DNA of 64,000 nt, from IMG/VR virus record IMGVR_UViG_3300020421_000003; one strand, 5' to 3'. A program made the translations under genes and the position numbers. Positions 9,826 to 20,036 of this stretch are shown here, in pieces. Source of the DNA: a virus. Position 1 is the first letter of the stretch; each line of letters begins with the position of its first letter. Under the pieces are notes generated by a model. The model was not told the origin of the DNA, did not search any database, and worked only from the letters and a program-made list of their open reading frames with translations.

Positions 9826-12800
9826 TACATTAAGTTACTAAGGGTGGAATTAAACTCAGTGAGGACACCAAATTTAGGCATTAGGAAGTCATCAGCGTCA
9901 TTCTTATCCTTGCCAGGGACAATAATTTCATTAGATTCACCACCCATGATAGGTGCTTCTTCTTGATTGGTAACAATGGGTTGCATTGCGGCATCACGTT
10001 GAGTAGTCAGTGACTTCAATTTATCTGCTCTACTTTCAGTCTTCTTCTGCTGACCCTCTTCTACCTTCTTACCACTGTCATTAGTGCTCGTAGTGGAATC
10101 CAAAGATTTACCCAATTCTCCGAGACCTTTACCCAAGACACCATCTTTACCAAATAGTCTCTTGATCTTCTCATCAGCAGTTTCTCCTTTTGATTCTGTC
10201 TTAGTCTTCTCTGCTTTTTTTGCTGCTTTCTCTTCTGCCTTACGTTCTTTATCGGTTACGACAGCATCCTTCATAGTCTCAGGTGCTGCAAACTCATTGT
10301 CAGCGCCAGGTTTGACAGACATCTTGGTTACAGGATCTATCTGATAACCCTCTGTTGCTGCCCTCGCTGCATTTTGATCGTTAGCACCTGCTGCTTTATG
10401 ATCTTGGAATGATTTATCAAACCAGTATGCGGTATCTGCCTTGGGATGAATCTTAATATCTTTGATATTTGCTGGTGTAGATGTCCCCTTCGTGCCTTGA
10501 GTCTTATGTCTATTGGCAATGTCAGTCTTCAGACCACCTGAATTCATTACTGCCTTAAATTCATCACTGTCTGGTCTAACACCAGCTCTCTCTTCACCCA
10601 TTCCAAATAGGTTACCTGCCTTAGTCCTCTTGGACATTGACTTGATGGTTACCGATCCATCAACATATCCATAAGTTACATAGTAGGACTTGTCATTTAA
10701 GACAACTCTACTTGCTTGGAAACTATCTTTCTTATACTTTACAGGATCAAACTTACCACCAGCAGCAAACTTAGGCAGGAGTCCACCCTTAGAGAAAGGC
10801 ATGGAGTATCCACCACGAGTTGCCTCACCTATTCTCTGATTAGTAAGACCAGGATTAGTTCTGGTTGCAGGAGTGTCAAATGGCACAACAAATGCACCAC
10901 CACCTGCAAATCCCTTCATACCGACCCACTCAGTGCCATGACCGATGAATGATGTTGTAGCACCACCATCCAGTGACACAGGGTAACCAGACTGAGGACC
11001 AGAGATCCATCCACCCATCGCTGCTTGTGGGATCTGACCACCCTGAGCGAATCCAAAGAAGTTACCAACAGCACCCAGGAGACCACCTGCTACTGCCTTC
11101 ACACCCTTGAAGATAGGATGATCTACGATTGCTTTGAATAGTTTACCAATCAGTGAGATAGTGCCATTATCACCAGCGATTGCCTCTAGGAGTTTCTCAT
11201 CCCAGGTCATTCCTGGATCTTTTTGTGCCTTTCCTTTATCCTCACCCTTCATATCTTCTTTATTGGCAGCACTACCACCAATAACAGAAGTCGATACACC
11301 AAAGATCTTAGCAAGAGGTGCGATCATTGCACCTAGCATGTTTCTAATAGGTGCAGGGAGGAATGCTCCGAATACTTTACCAATGCCACCGATGGCAGTC
11401 ATAATGCCAACACCCAGTGCTTTGAATGGGAGTTGCATCAACTGACCGAAAGCTTTAGCAACCTTCGCAGTCTTGCGAAGTTGCTTTGCCATCTCATCTT
11501 GCAGGTTAAATGACCCACCAGATGCCATCTTAGGTTGGACCATCTTAGCGGTCTGGAAGGACCCTCCTGCTGCCTTACCTGCCTTACTCTTCTCCTTATC
11601 TACCTCATCTGTCTTAGGTGCAAAGAATTTCAGCACCGTAGTCAGTGCTTTGATTCCCAGGAATAATGGTGCAAACATAACCTGGACACCAATACCCAAG
11701 ATCTTACTGATCATTGGGAGGTGGGGCTCGATGAAGTCAAGCACCTGAGTCATTACTGCCCCAAGGACTTCAAAGAAACCACTCAGATTATCTTTAATAG
11801 GTGCCATCACCTGCTTAAAGACATCACCAATCATGCCGAAGAATCTACCGATTGGTTTGAAGATGGGCTCCATAAACCCACCGATTGCTTTACCTGCCTT
11901 ACCACCAACGAATGCACCAGCAGCACCACCGATCATCCCACCAAGGGGACCACCGAGTTTATTACCAATAGCTTCACCAACCATGGCACCACCAGCGGTG
12001 CCTACACCAGCACCAACTGCCTCTGCATTGCTAGCACCAGCAGCTTTCTCACCTATGAATGAACTAACACCTAGACCACCAGCAATCAAACCCTTACCGA
12101 GTCTGGTGCCTGCAAACTTCCTAAGCTTGGCACCAGCTTTCGCTGCCTTACCAATGTTTAGGATACCTTTGATCAGATTACTGACAACCCATCCGACAGT
12201 CTTAGCAGTCGCTAATGGATTCTTGAGGAATGCTATCCCCAGGAATATGGGAGCAGCAGACAGCAGAAACTGTCCTAATCCTATAATCCCCTTCAGGGAT
12301 ATAGGATTCTCCATAAACTTCACCAGTCCATCAAACGCCGACCCTACAAGGAATGACGTTATCTTAAAGACAAACTTACCAATAGCAGCAAGTCCTTCTA
12401 CAAGTTTCTGGACCTTATCTGGATTCTTAGAGATCCAATCCAATGCAGCAAATGCAATGAAGATCTTAAAGATACCACCTAAGAATCTAGCAATAGCACC
12501 AAGGAATCCACCGAAGGCACCTTTTGCTGCCTCCTTAAAATTCTGGACTACCTGAGATCCTGCCTTCTTTTCCTTCTTCTCGCTCTTATCTTCTAACTCT
12601 TCTCTCTTCTTCTTATTCTCTCTACGCTTCTCTTCAGCAGTTTTCTTCTTTTCTCTTGCTGTCTCTGCTTTATCTGCAGCAATCTCTTGCTTCTTAGTAA
12701 TATTGTCGCCTCTGATCTTGGCAGAGACTCTATCCTTCATCGCTTGAGTCATTGCCTCTACTTGGAGAGCAATGCCATTCATCGATGCACCCAAGGAATT

Positions 12801-12974
12801 CATACCTGAGGTGATAGACTTAAATGCTTTATCCTGATCCTTGACAATCTTACCTAACTCATCAGCAGCAGTAAGAGGCGTAAACTTCTTGCCACCACCA
12901 GTGCCCCTATAAGATATCATCTTATAAAGTTTTGGTTTTGAGACCTTAGTTGCTGGTGCTTTTGGTGATGCCAT
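9825..12974 (-). CDS. Tape-measure-like tail/baseplate protein, paralog 2
   Basis: 1049 aa; charged coiled coil, Gly-zipper hydrophobic helices, repeated xAxGG motifs. Confidence 0.6.
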   Translation of the reverse strand: MASPKAPATKVSKPKLYKMISYRGTGGGKKFTPLTAADELGKIVKDQDKAFKSITSGMNSLGASMNGIALQVEAMTQAMKDRVSAKIRGDNITKKQEIAADKAETAREKKKTAEEKRRENKKKREELEDKSEKKEKKAGSQVVQNFKEAAKGAFGGFLGAIARFLGGIFKIFIAFAALDWISKNPDKVQKLVEGLAAIGKFVFKITSFLVGSAFDGLVKFMENPISLKGIIGLGQFLLSAAPIFLGIAFLKNPLATAKTVGWVVSNLIKGILNIGKAAKAGAKLRKFAGTRLGKGLIAGGLGVSSFIGEKAAGASNAEAVGAGVGTAGGAMVGEAIGNKLGGPLGGMIGGAAGAFVGGKAGKAIGGFMEPIFKPIGRFFGMIGDVFKQVMAPIKDNLSGFFEVLGAVMTQVLDFIEPHLPMISKILGIGVQVMFAPLFLGIKALTTVLKFFAPKTDEVDKEKSKAGKAAGGSFQTAKMVQPKMASGGSFNLQDEMAKQLRKTAKVAKAFGQLMQLPFKALGVGIMTAIGGIGKVFGAFLPAPIRNMLGAMIAPLAKIFGVSTSVIGGSAANKEDMKGEDKGKAQKDPGMTWDEKLLEAIAGDNGTISLIGKLFKAIVDHPIFKGVKAVAGGLLGAVGNFFGFAQGGQIPQAAMGGWISGPQSGYPVSLDGGATTSFIGHGTEWVGMKGFAGGGAFVVPFDTPATRTNPGLTNQRIGEATRGGYSMPFSKGGLLPKFAAGGKFDPVKYKKDSFQASRVVLNDKSYYVTYGYVDGSVTIKSMSKRTKAGNLFGMGEERAGVRPDSDEFKAVMNSGGLKTDIANRHKTQGTKGTSTPANIKDIKIHPKADTAYWFDKSFQDHKAAGANDQNAARAATEGYQIDPVTKMSVKPGADNEFAAPETMKDAVVTDKERKAEEKAAKKAEKTKTESKGETADEKIKRLFGKDGVLGKGLGELGKSLDSTTSTNDSGKKVEEGQQKKTESRADKLKSLTTQRDAAMQPIVTNQEEAPIMGGESNEIIVPGKDKNDADDFLMPKFGVLTEFNSTLSNLM

Positions 12975-15900
12975 TACTTAGTGAGAAGTGGCGAAGGTTT
13001 GGTATACACTGCGCTAGTGCTCCCTCCTGTATTTATCGTCTGTCTAACCTTTTGTACAACCAATTTCTCCATAACAACAGGCACAAAATCTGATTCCCCA
13101 TCACGTCGTGCTTTTTCTTCAATTGCTTTGAGATTCTTGACAGCTTTAGCTTGGTTAGATCCTAGTTGCTTAATCTCAGTCGTGCTAGCTGAGGTTGATG
13201 TAGCAACAGGGTTTCCAGGTTTCTCTGCAGCAGATTTAGTGGGAGTATCTTTGGGCACGTTGGTGCTGATCTTTGTCAAGGCAGATGTTAAACCTGACTT
13301 GAATGCTTCCATCATCTCTTCAAGAGTCTTGGGTTTCGCATCAGCAGTATCACCGCCCTTATTATCGCCTCCACCGCCAGCGTTGGCATCACCGCTGCTA
13401 CCAGCAGTACTGGTTTCCGTCATGCTAGACGAATCAAATTCTCCACCGAGTTGATGTGCAGCGTATGATCTATGATCTGATGGTGTCGCATCTAGGTGGA
13501 CATGGACCAGTCCACTAGGTTTGTTACCTTGTAAACCAATGATTGTATTGGGATTAACCATCTGACCCACTGATGCTTTGATTGAATCAAAGTGGTGGAA
13601 TTGCATACGGTCTTTGCCATTTTTGGCAATGACTACAGTATACCCAGAAGCATGGACAACCTTACCATCCACACCAGCAACTACAGGTGATCCTCTATCT
13701 TTAGATTGGTCACCAAAATCTCTAACAATCACATAGTCTCTAGGGACAATAGGATGTCCACCTAGTCTAGCATTATTGTAACTATCACTATCAGGTTTGT
13801 TATGGTGGAGAGGATACTTACTGAATGGTGTTTGAGGTGTCAGATGCACATCAGGGACAGATCCATTAGTGGCAAGCAGACCGCCTGCCGCAAACCCCAT
13901 AATCTCCTTTTTCTTCCGAGTCTTCTCTGCTACGTCCTCATAGACAGATATGGTGGGCTCACCCATACCGACGCGAGCGCCACGTTTGACCCTACCACCC
14001 TTTGCCAGTTGCTCGAAAGCATCATACATCATCTGAGGTTTGATGTGCGCTACATTGACACCATCCCCAGCATAGAAACTAGCACCACCATCATCCTTTG
14101 GAATTGCAGCCCAAACTCTTGACAGTCTGAGCATTGCCTCCTTAGGATTCTCCTTCGCCATCTGCTTGGAGACCTGTGCCTGACCAGGACCGATTAGATA
14201 TTCAGCAATCAGTTGCTGATTCTCTGCATTGTATATGTCCTTTTTAGGGTCAAGACCTACTGCTACTGCTCTCTGATTGAGATACTCTGGTAAGTTTTGC
14301 CATGCACCAACAGCACCTGTTGCCTTAGAAGCAACGTCAGCAATGGGCATTCCAGATGCACCAGGCAATGTAGTGCCTGGATACATTGAATCATATCCAC
14401 CGCTACCAGCTTCATACTTTAGAATTAGATTAAGTACTGGAGCCCATCCGCCTTCAATCTCTCCTACAGGAGACCCACCACCACTACTGGTGCTTCTTGG
14501 ACTTTTTGGAGTTTGACCACCAGGATTCTTCTGATTTTCAATCTGCTTTGCTAATTCAGGATTGAAGATCTTGATACCACTGAGAAGTAGTTTGTTTAAC
14601 CCCTTATCAATCGCATTGTAAATATTTTCTTTATAAGTAAGATTCTTAACTGCCTCAACCTTTTTCTTTTCAGACTGACTTGCTTGGAATTGTACACTAT
14701 TACTTACACCACCACCAGCAACGCCACCACCACCAGTGCTGACCTGCACACCTAGTCCACCAGCAATCTTCTGAATGTCAGGTGCTAGGACAGCTTTTAC
14801 TTTATTACCAACAAATCCAAATGCACCAAATGATCCCACTATGGTCTTAAGGTAGAGACCACCTACCATGCCCAGCATGTCAGGGTGACTACCAAACTGT
14901 AGAGCACCACCCGCTGCCATATGTACAGGACCACCTGCTGCCTTCTTATTCTCTTTGTCGAAGTCAAACAGGTTGAATGTCAACGCATCAGCAATACCAC
15001 CTGCCACAGAAGCAGGATTCATCAGACGCTTGGCATTATTGACGACAAACTGGACAGTGCCCTTGATGGCATCCATCATGCCACCAAAGATAAACCCAAT
15101 GAAGTCACCAAGGACCTTGGCAGCATCCATTAGGACTTTGCCAAGTTGACCTATGAAACCAAATATCAACCCTAAGGGCTCAGCGAGTTGCTGGAAGAGA
15201 GGTCCGATGGTCATCTTGACCACCTCAAACATCATCTTAAATGCTTTACCAATAGGTCCGAAGATAGGCTCCATGATTGGACCTAACTCTTTACCTACCC
15301 ACTCACCTAAGAAACTACCGATCGCATTACCAACGATAGGTGCAAAGGGTCCTAGGAAGGGTCCCAGGAGTGCTGTGCCAGCGATACCGCCAACTAGACC
15401 ACCAACACCCTGACCGACGCCAGCACCAATAGCAGAGGATGCCTTCTCACCACTCGCAAGACCTGATGCGATCCTTCCAGCGCCTCCTACGACGCTCATA
15501 CCGACGTTTAACTTACCGCCGAGCTTACCAAATGCTTTGTTAGCACCAGCACCAAATCTCTTGCGTGCTGCAGATGCTTTACCTTTGAATTTAGAGAAAC
15601 GACTCTCTTTACCAAATCTGTCCTCAAATGCTTTTCCAGCACCAGGATTCTTGCGGTCTGCCCTTGCGGCAGACTTCTTCATCGCTTCGTATTCTTCTTT
15701 GGAGTATATAACTCCAGTCTTCTTATCTCTATATCCGCTCTTTCTTACCTTCTGGTTAGCATCCTGCTCTGCAGACTGCTGGTTGGACATGTTGAAGATC
15801 ATTCTCAGACGATTAACGTCCTTCATCAACTTCCAAGGCATGATCAGATACTGTGCTGTCCTAAGCGCAGCAAGACCACCCATCATCTGCACAACTCCGA

Positions 15901-16528
15901 GTATGCCTCGGAATGCACGTCTGATCGGACCTTCTTCCTTAAAATTACCAATTACATTAGTCAGTCCATCAAGGAGCAGACCAACCCCAAATTTAGTAAC
16001 TTTGAATGCAAACTTACCTATGGTGAATAGTATCTTGAATACCTTTACGGCACTCTCAGCATTCTTGGGGTTACTTAACCAATTTAATGCTCCAAATATA
16101 ATCATATATTTGAAGACTTTGAATAGACCATTGAAAAGTCCACCAAGTGCATTTAACTTGGGTTTCTGCTTCTCAACTGCCTTTCTACCTTCCTCTTTGC
16201 CTTCTTCTACGCCCTTCTCTGCTTCGTCTTCTAATTTACCACGTTTCTTTTTTCGGAAAGTGCGTCGGAAATCCCGCATGGATGTAGTCCACTTGGTCTT
16301 ATCCTTCTTATCTTTCTTCTTAATCGTCGTGACTTCTGTCTTGGAAGTGTCTGTAAGATACTCTTTCTCAAACTTTAGAAGCTCAGTAGTGTCATAAAAA
16401 CTCTTGGCAATGCCATCCGTCACGCTCCCCATGCGATTGATGCCCTTACGCACCTGATCCATGTTTTTGGCGATACCTGATTTACCAGTTATCGGTTGAA
16501 TTTTAACGAAACTACGGATTGCTGCCAT
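12974..16528 (-). CDS. Tape-measure-like protein with lysozyme-like and M23-like peptidase domains
   Basis: Helical Gly-rich N-half; KYEAGSGGYD...ATGAVGAWQ (lysozyme-like); FHHFD...GNKPSGLVHVHLD (M23-like HxH). Confidence 0.7.
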   Translation of the reverse strand: MAAIRSFVKIQPITGKSGIAKNMDQVRKGINRMGSVTDGIAKSFYDTTELLKFEKEYLTDTSKTEVTTIKKKDKKDKTKWTTSMRDFRRTFRKKKRGKLEDEAEKGVEEGKEEGRKAVEKQKPKLNALGGLFNGLFKVFKYMIIFGALNWLSNPKNAESAVKVFKILFTIGKFAFKVTKFGVGLLLDGLTNVIGNFKEEGPIRRAFRGILGVVQMMGGLAALRTAQYLIMPWKLMKDVNRLRMIFNMSNQQSAEQDANQKVRKSGYRDKKTGVIYSKEEYEAMKKSAARADRKNPGAGKAFEDRFGKESRFSKFKGKASAARKRFGAGANKAFGKLGGKLNVGMSVVGGAGRIASGLASGEKASSAIGAGVGQGVGGLVGGIAGTALLGPFLGPFAPIVGNAIGSFLGEWVGKELGPIMEPIFGPIGKAFKMMFEVVKMTIGPLFQQLAEPLGLIFGFIGQLGKVLMDAAKVLGDFIGFIFGGMMDAIKGTVQFVVNNAKRLMNPASVAGGIADALTFNLFDFDKENKKAAGGPVHMAAGGALQFGSHPDMLGMVGGLYLKTIVGSFGAFGFVGNKVKAVLAPDIQKIAGGLGVQVSTGGGGVAGGGVSNSVQFQASQSEKKKVEAVKNLTYKENIYNAIDKGLNKLLLSGIKIFNPELAKQIENQKNPGGQTPKSPRSTSSGGGSPVGEIEGGWAPVLNLILKYEAGSGGYDSMYPGTTLPGASGMPIADVASKATGAVGAWQNLPEYLNQRAVAVGLDPKKDIYNAENQQLIAEYLIGPGQAQVSKQMAKENPKEAMLRLSRVWAAIPKDDGGASFYAGDGVNVAHIKPQMMYDAFEQLAKGGRVKRGARVGMGEPTISVYEDVAEKTRKKKEIMGFAAGGLLATNGSVPDVHLTPQTPFSKYPLHHNKPDSDSYNNARLGGHPIVPRDYVIVRDFGDQSKDRGSPVVAGVDGKVVHASGYTVVIAKNGKDRMQFHHFDSIKASVGQMVNPNTIIGLQGNKPSGLVHVHLDATPSDHRSYAAHQLGGEFDSSSMTETSTAGSSGDANAGGGGDNKGGDTADAKPKTLEEMMEAFKSGLTSALTKISTNVPKDTPTKSAAEKPGNPVATSTSASTTEIKQLGSNQAKAVKNLKAIEEKARRDGESDFVPVVMEKLVVQKVRQTINTGGSTSAVYTKPSPLLTK

Positions 16529-16731
16529 TAGAGGGACATTCGTGACTGATCTTGTTGTTGCCTTCTTTCTTCCTCAGCAATGTGTGCGAGGAGAAGATTC
16601 ACATATACATCACGCTCCCACGGTATCATATTCTCTAATTCTGTTAGCGAATACTTGTGGTGCTGCATCAAGGCAAAGTTTGTCTTATAGTAGTTTTCAA
16701 GACTGTCATGCAGTAGGGCTATGCGAAAAAA
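16528..16731 (-). CDS. gp51: Baseplate hub assembly catalyst gp51 (probably the -1 frameshift extension of gp26)
   Basis: Not in ORF track. Frame reads RIALLHDSLENYYKTNFALMQHHKYSLTELENMIPWERDVYVNLL...; first in-frame ATG is only at 16668. Confidence 0.8.
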   Translation of the reverse strand, partial: FFRIALLHDSLENYYKTNFALMQHHKYSLTELENMIPWERDVYVNLLLAHIAEEERRQQQDQSRMSL

Positions 16732-17423
16732 CTCGCTAGTCCTTCAAGCACAACATCGGATACGACTTTAGTGTTGGGGTTAACAACTTCAATTGTATAT
16801 GACAGTTTGGGCATGGTCTCAAAGAATTTCTGGACTTTAGCAAACTGCTCAGAATTCAAGTCTTCCAAGAATTCTAGTGCTTCTTTCTTAGTGAAGTTGT
16901 CATAGACTTCTTCCTTGTCGTAAACACTTTCAATACACCCTGCTGCCAACTCAAAGATATCCTCGATATTGGGATCCTCCGACATATTTTGACTGATGAA
17001 TACATCAATCGACGGATACTTCATAACAATACCTACATTATCATCGAGAAGCATTTTCTTCTCATGCTCTGCAGGAATAACCACCTCAACTTCATTGAGA
17101 GGGACCATCACTTCTACTTGGGTCTCATTATCATCGGGGCAGGTGATTTTGAATTCACTTGCTTCACCAACAGCAGTAGCACGAATGCGAAGGAAGATGT
17201 ATTCGATCTCGAATGTTGCGAGATCTTCAACCTTACCTTTCAGGTTGGTGCAGTTTCTGATGATGGTCTTAACTGCCTTGATCATCTGCTTGTCGTCTTG
17301 CGACTCCATAGCGAGATACAGCAGTTTTTCCTCCTTAACGAGGAAAGGTCTATATGTGATTTTAGTGCCAGTAATAGGCAGTGTCAAATCATACTCGGGG
17401 ATAGCGAGCTTAGGTAAAGGCAT
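16719..17423 (-). CDS. gp26: Baseplate hub subunit/chaperone gp26
   Basis: MPLPK...YRPFLVKEEK, FEIEYIFLRIRA..VGE, C-terminal EGLASFFA. Confidence 0.92.
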   Translation of the reverse strand: MPLPKLAIPEYDLTLPITGTKITYRPFLVKEEKLLYLAMESQDDKQMIKAVKTIIRNCTNLKGKVEDLATFEIEYIFLRIRATAVGEASEFKITCPDDNETQVEVMVPLNEVEVVIPAEHEKKMLLDDNVGIVMKYPSIDVFISQNMSEDPNIEDIFELAAGCIESVYDKEEVYDNFTKKEALEFLEDLNSEQFAKVQKFFETMPKLSYTIEVVNPNTKVVSDVVLEGLASFFA

Positions 17424-17448
17424 AATGCTCCATAACTATTAAATTTAT

Positions 17449-18204
17449 TTAGGTGCCAAAGAAGGATGAATCTATCTGATCGCTGGCAAATCCTAAACGC
17501 TCAAATATCTTATCAAAATTACGAATGACCTTATCACTTGCTTCAGGTTTGAAGGACAATACATCCTCTGCCACCGTGTCAAATCTAAATCTTTCGTATT
17601 TGAAGTCAACATCGATCTTCAGTAGATCTGCTGGTCCATTATTAAGAGTCATTGCTGAGATGTCAAATGGATATGCACCATACATCTGCCAGACTGCAGT
17701 AGATCTATTCATTCTCTGCTCAAACTGAATTGGACGCCCAACACCATTATTGGCAGAACCCCTGTATACAACGTTAGCAGCATTCTCCCATTTCAGGATC
17801 TGAATGCTTGATGTATATTCATCATAGAATGTAACTCTGTTTTCAGCGTCATTAGCAGTCATATTCATCCAATTCTCAAAGAATTGACGATGATACATGT
17901 CCTTTGTCATAATAAAGGACATTCGGACTTCTTGCTTCTGCTGACCATATGCATAGTCATATGGCATACCAACAGTCTTGACTGATTGTGTCTTAATCCT
18001 TCTAGCAGGGATAGTTACACTGTCAGCAAAATAGTTGATAGATTCGTAATGCTCTTTGAAACCAGGAGCTTTGCCAGGGACGGCATACATCATCGCGGGG
18101 AGAGTAATCTCCACCGAGAATAGATTCGACTTTGCAATATCTTTCTCGCCACTACTGACTAGATCAGAAAATCGGAGAAAACTATTGGGATTTCTGTAAC
18201 TCAT
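17449..18204 (-). CDS. gp54: Tail-tube initiator (gp54 / tail-tube fold)
   Basis: SNLFSVEI, DSVTIPAR, FFENWM, GAYP...F.YE tube-fold motifs; synteny. Confidence 0.65.
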   Translation of the reverse strand: MSYRNPNSFLRFSDLVSSGEKDIAKSNLFSVEITLPAMMYAVPGKAPGFKEHYESINYFADSVTIPARRIKTQSVKTVGMPYDYAYGQQKQEVRMSFIMTKDMYHRQFFENWMNMTANDAENRVTFYDEYTSSIQILKWENAANVVYRGSANNGVGRPIQFEQRMNRSTAVWQMYGAYPFDISAMTLNNGPADLLKIDVDFKYERFRFDTVAEDVLSFKPEASDKVIRNFDKIFERLGFASDQIDSSFFGT

Positions 18205-18674
18205 TAAACTCGACTCCAGATGTGACTGCTAGGGACTTCGATCCAGCGACCTGCTGCATTAAATAAGAATTGCTCGATAGGCAATGGAGTCATATCCTGC
18301 AGATCAATCGGTTTAACAGTGTAAATGTTGGTAGCATTTGACATAAAGTATTTATGATAGCAACGGGCAGGAAATGCGGGACTGCCCATAGACCACTGTG
18401 CAGCGATTGTCTTTCGTGCTGTTGGTTGTAGATAATGTAAGTTACCACCTGAGAATTGCATGTTACGTTTATCCAGATCGGATATTTGCACCATGGGGAA
18501 TCTGTCATAAAATGACAGTTTCTCAGTTGATGCAGAGTATGCAAAGAAGATGATGTCACCAACTGCAAAGTTGCCCTCATAGGGATCCATACCATATTGC
18601 AGTTGAGAGCGATACCACTCTTTAGATTGCTTCTTGCCTTCTGCAAGATCTTTAACATCAGTGAAGATGCTCAT
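18204..18674 (-). CDS. gp2: DNA end protector
   Basis: FYDRFPMV...GGNLHYL. Confidence 0.8.
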   Translation of the reverse strand: MSIFTDVKDLAEGKKQSKEWYRSQLQYGMDPYEGNFAVGDIIFFAYSASTEKLSFYDRFPMVQISDLDKRNMQFSGGNLHYLQPTARKTIAAQWSMGSPAFPARCYHKYFMSNATNIYTVKPIDLQDMTPLPIEQFLFNAAGRWIEVPSSHIWSRV

Positions 18675-19105
18675 ACGTTTAACTCTTTTTCTGTGAGAAT
18701 TAGGAATTCCATACGACGATCCTTACAGTATTCTCTTGCTGCCTTCCATTTTGCTTGGTTGACACCGTAAGTTTTCACTTCAGTTATATATCGTTTAGTC
18801 TGCCTCTTCGGTCTCTTCGGGGGCGCACACTGGACCTTCGGTTTAACTTCGATAATGAATTTCTGAGTCCCTCCGTTTCTAGTTCGTGCTCTGACGTAGA
18901 AGTCGGGAAAATAGCGGTGAATCCGACCATCAACAGGACTGATGTATGGAATAACGATCTCTTCACTTCCCCACTCCAATACATTTACATTCTTATCACA
19001 CCAGACCATAAACTTTCTTTCCCACAAACTCCTATAAATAATATTAGTGGGATCACCCTTATACTTATGTCTATTTGATGGTCTGTATTTGCCAGAGTAA
19101 CTCAT
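18671..19105 (-). CDS. gp4: Head completion nuclease
   Basis: YKGDPTNIIYRSLWE, WGSEE, HRYFPDF, IEVKP; start taken at MSYSG. Confidence 0.93.
   Translation of the reverse strand: MSYSGKYRPSNRHKYKGDPTNIIYRSLWERKFMVWCDKNVNVLEWGSEEIVIPYISPVDGRIHRYFPDFYVRARTRNGGTQKFIIEVKPKVQCAPPKRPKRQTKRYITEVKTYGVNQAKWKAAREYCKDRRMEFLILTEKELNV
19033..19040 (+). promoter_or_regulatory. Late promoter TATAAATA for gp48-gp53, embedded in gp4
   Basis: Exact consensus about 65 nt upstream of the gp48 ATG. Confidence 0.7.
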
Positions 19106-20036
19106 GCCGAAGTCAAATTTGTTAATTTTCCCTAGGGTCAAACCCATGGGCACATCAGGTAGTAGTAGAGCATCTGTAAGGGAACAAGCAAGTTACCCAA
19201 CAGAGGTTGTAGACTATCTTAAGTTAAATATTTATAAGCACGCACGGGGTGATAAAGCTCAGAATAAGGGTAGTGGCAACATTGAAAAGACCCTCTACCT
19301 CTATCTTCCCCCTGGTTTGAATGAGAGATATTCTGCCAAGTATGAAGGTAAAAACCTTGGTGCAGTTGGTAAGGCAGTAGTTGATGCTGCTGCTGACGTG
19401 GTGCAGAGCGGTGGATCGCTTGAAGGTATTGGTGATAATGTTTCAGCAGCGGCAGCTGCAGCAAAACCTGCTCTAGGATTTAAGCTTGGTGCTAGCGCAA
19501 TCAACACGGTGGTGGGTGAAGTGTCACCTTACGGATTCAACATTGATTCTAACGATCTTGCCCAACTAACGAAAGGTAAAGTATTCAACCCTTATGAAGA
19601 GATGCTCTTCAAAGGTGTTGGATTTATCTCTCATAGTTTTAAGTTTACCTTTGTGCCTAAGAGTGCTGCAGATGTGCAGACGATCTATGAGATCATCAGT
19701 TGTCTTAGACAATCTATGCACCCATCAAAGAAAGGAAACGACTGGTTAACCATCCCTGACAAATTTGATGCAGAGATTGTTAGGTATGAATCAACTGGTA
19801 GTGATGAGAAACTAGGTGGAGGTAAGGGAAAAGGTGGGTATATGAATGCCCTACTACGTTTTCCTTACAAAATGGTTTTGCAAGACATGAGTGTTGACTT
19901 TGGCGATTCAACTGCTATTCGCACCCAAATGCCTGGAGCTATTGCAAATGCAGACTTTGGTTTTGCTGTCTATAACATGACTATCTCTCTCCAAGAGACC
20001 AAATACCGCACTCGCGAAGACTTCAAGGACGACTAA
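19104..20036 (+). CDS. gp48: Baseplate tail-tube cap
   Basis: LYLPP, VFNPYEEMLFKGVGF..HSFKFTFVPKS motifs; adjacent to gp53. Confidence 0.88.
   Translation: MPKSNLLIFPRVKPMGTSGSSRASVREQASYPTEVVDYLKLNIYKHARGDKAQNKGSGNIEKTLYLYLPPGLNERYSAKYEGKNLGAVGKAVVDAAADVVQSGGSLEGIGDNVSAAAAAAKPALGFKLGASAINTVVGEVSPYGFNIDSNDLAQLTKGKVFNPYEEMLFKGVGFISHSFKFTFVPKSAADVQTIYEIISCLRQSMHPSKKGNDWLTIPDKFDAEIVRYESTGSDEKLGGGKGKGGYMNALLRFPYKMVLQDMSVDFGDSTAIRTQMPGAIANADFGFAVYNMTISLQETKYRTREDFKDD
19229..19236 (-). promoter_or_regulatory. Late promoter TATAAATA for gp4-gp2-gp54, embedded in gp48
   Basis: Exact consensus on the minus strand upstream of gp4. Confidence 0.65.

Noticed and set aside
5077-17442. Long plus-strand ORFs (e.g. 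6565-7251, 11833-12555, 15537-16397)
   Set aside because: Antisense shadows of codon-biased minus-strand structural genes; no motifs or evident RBS.
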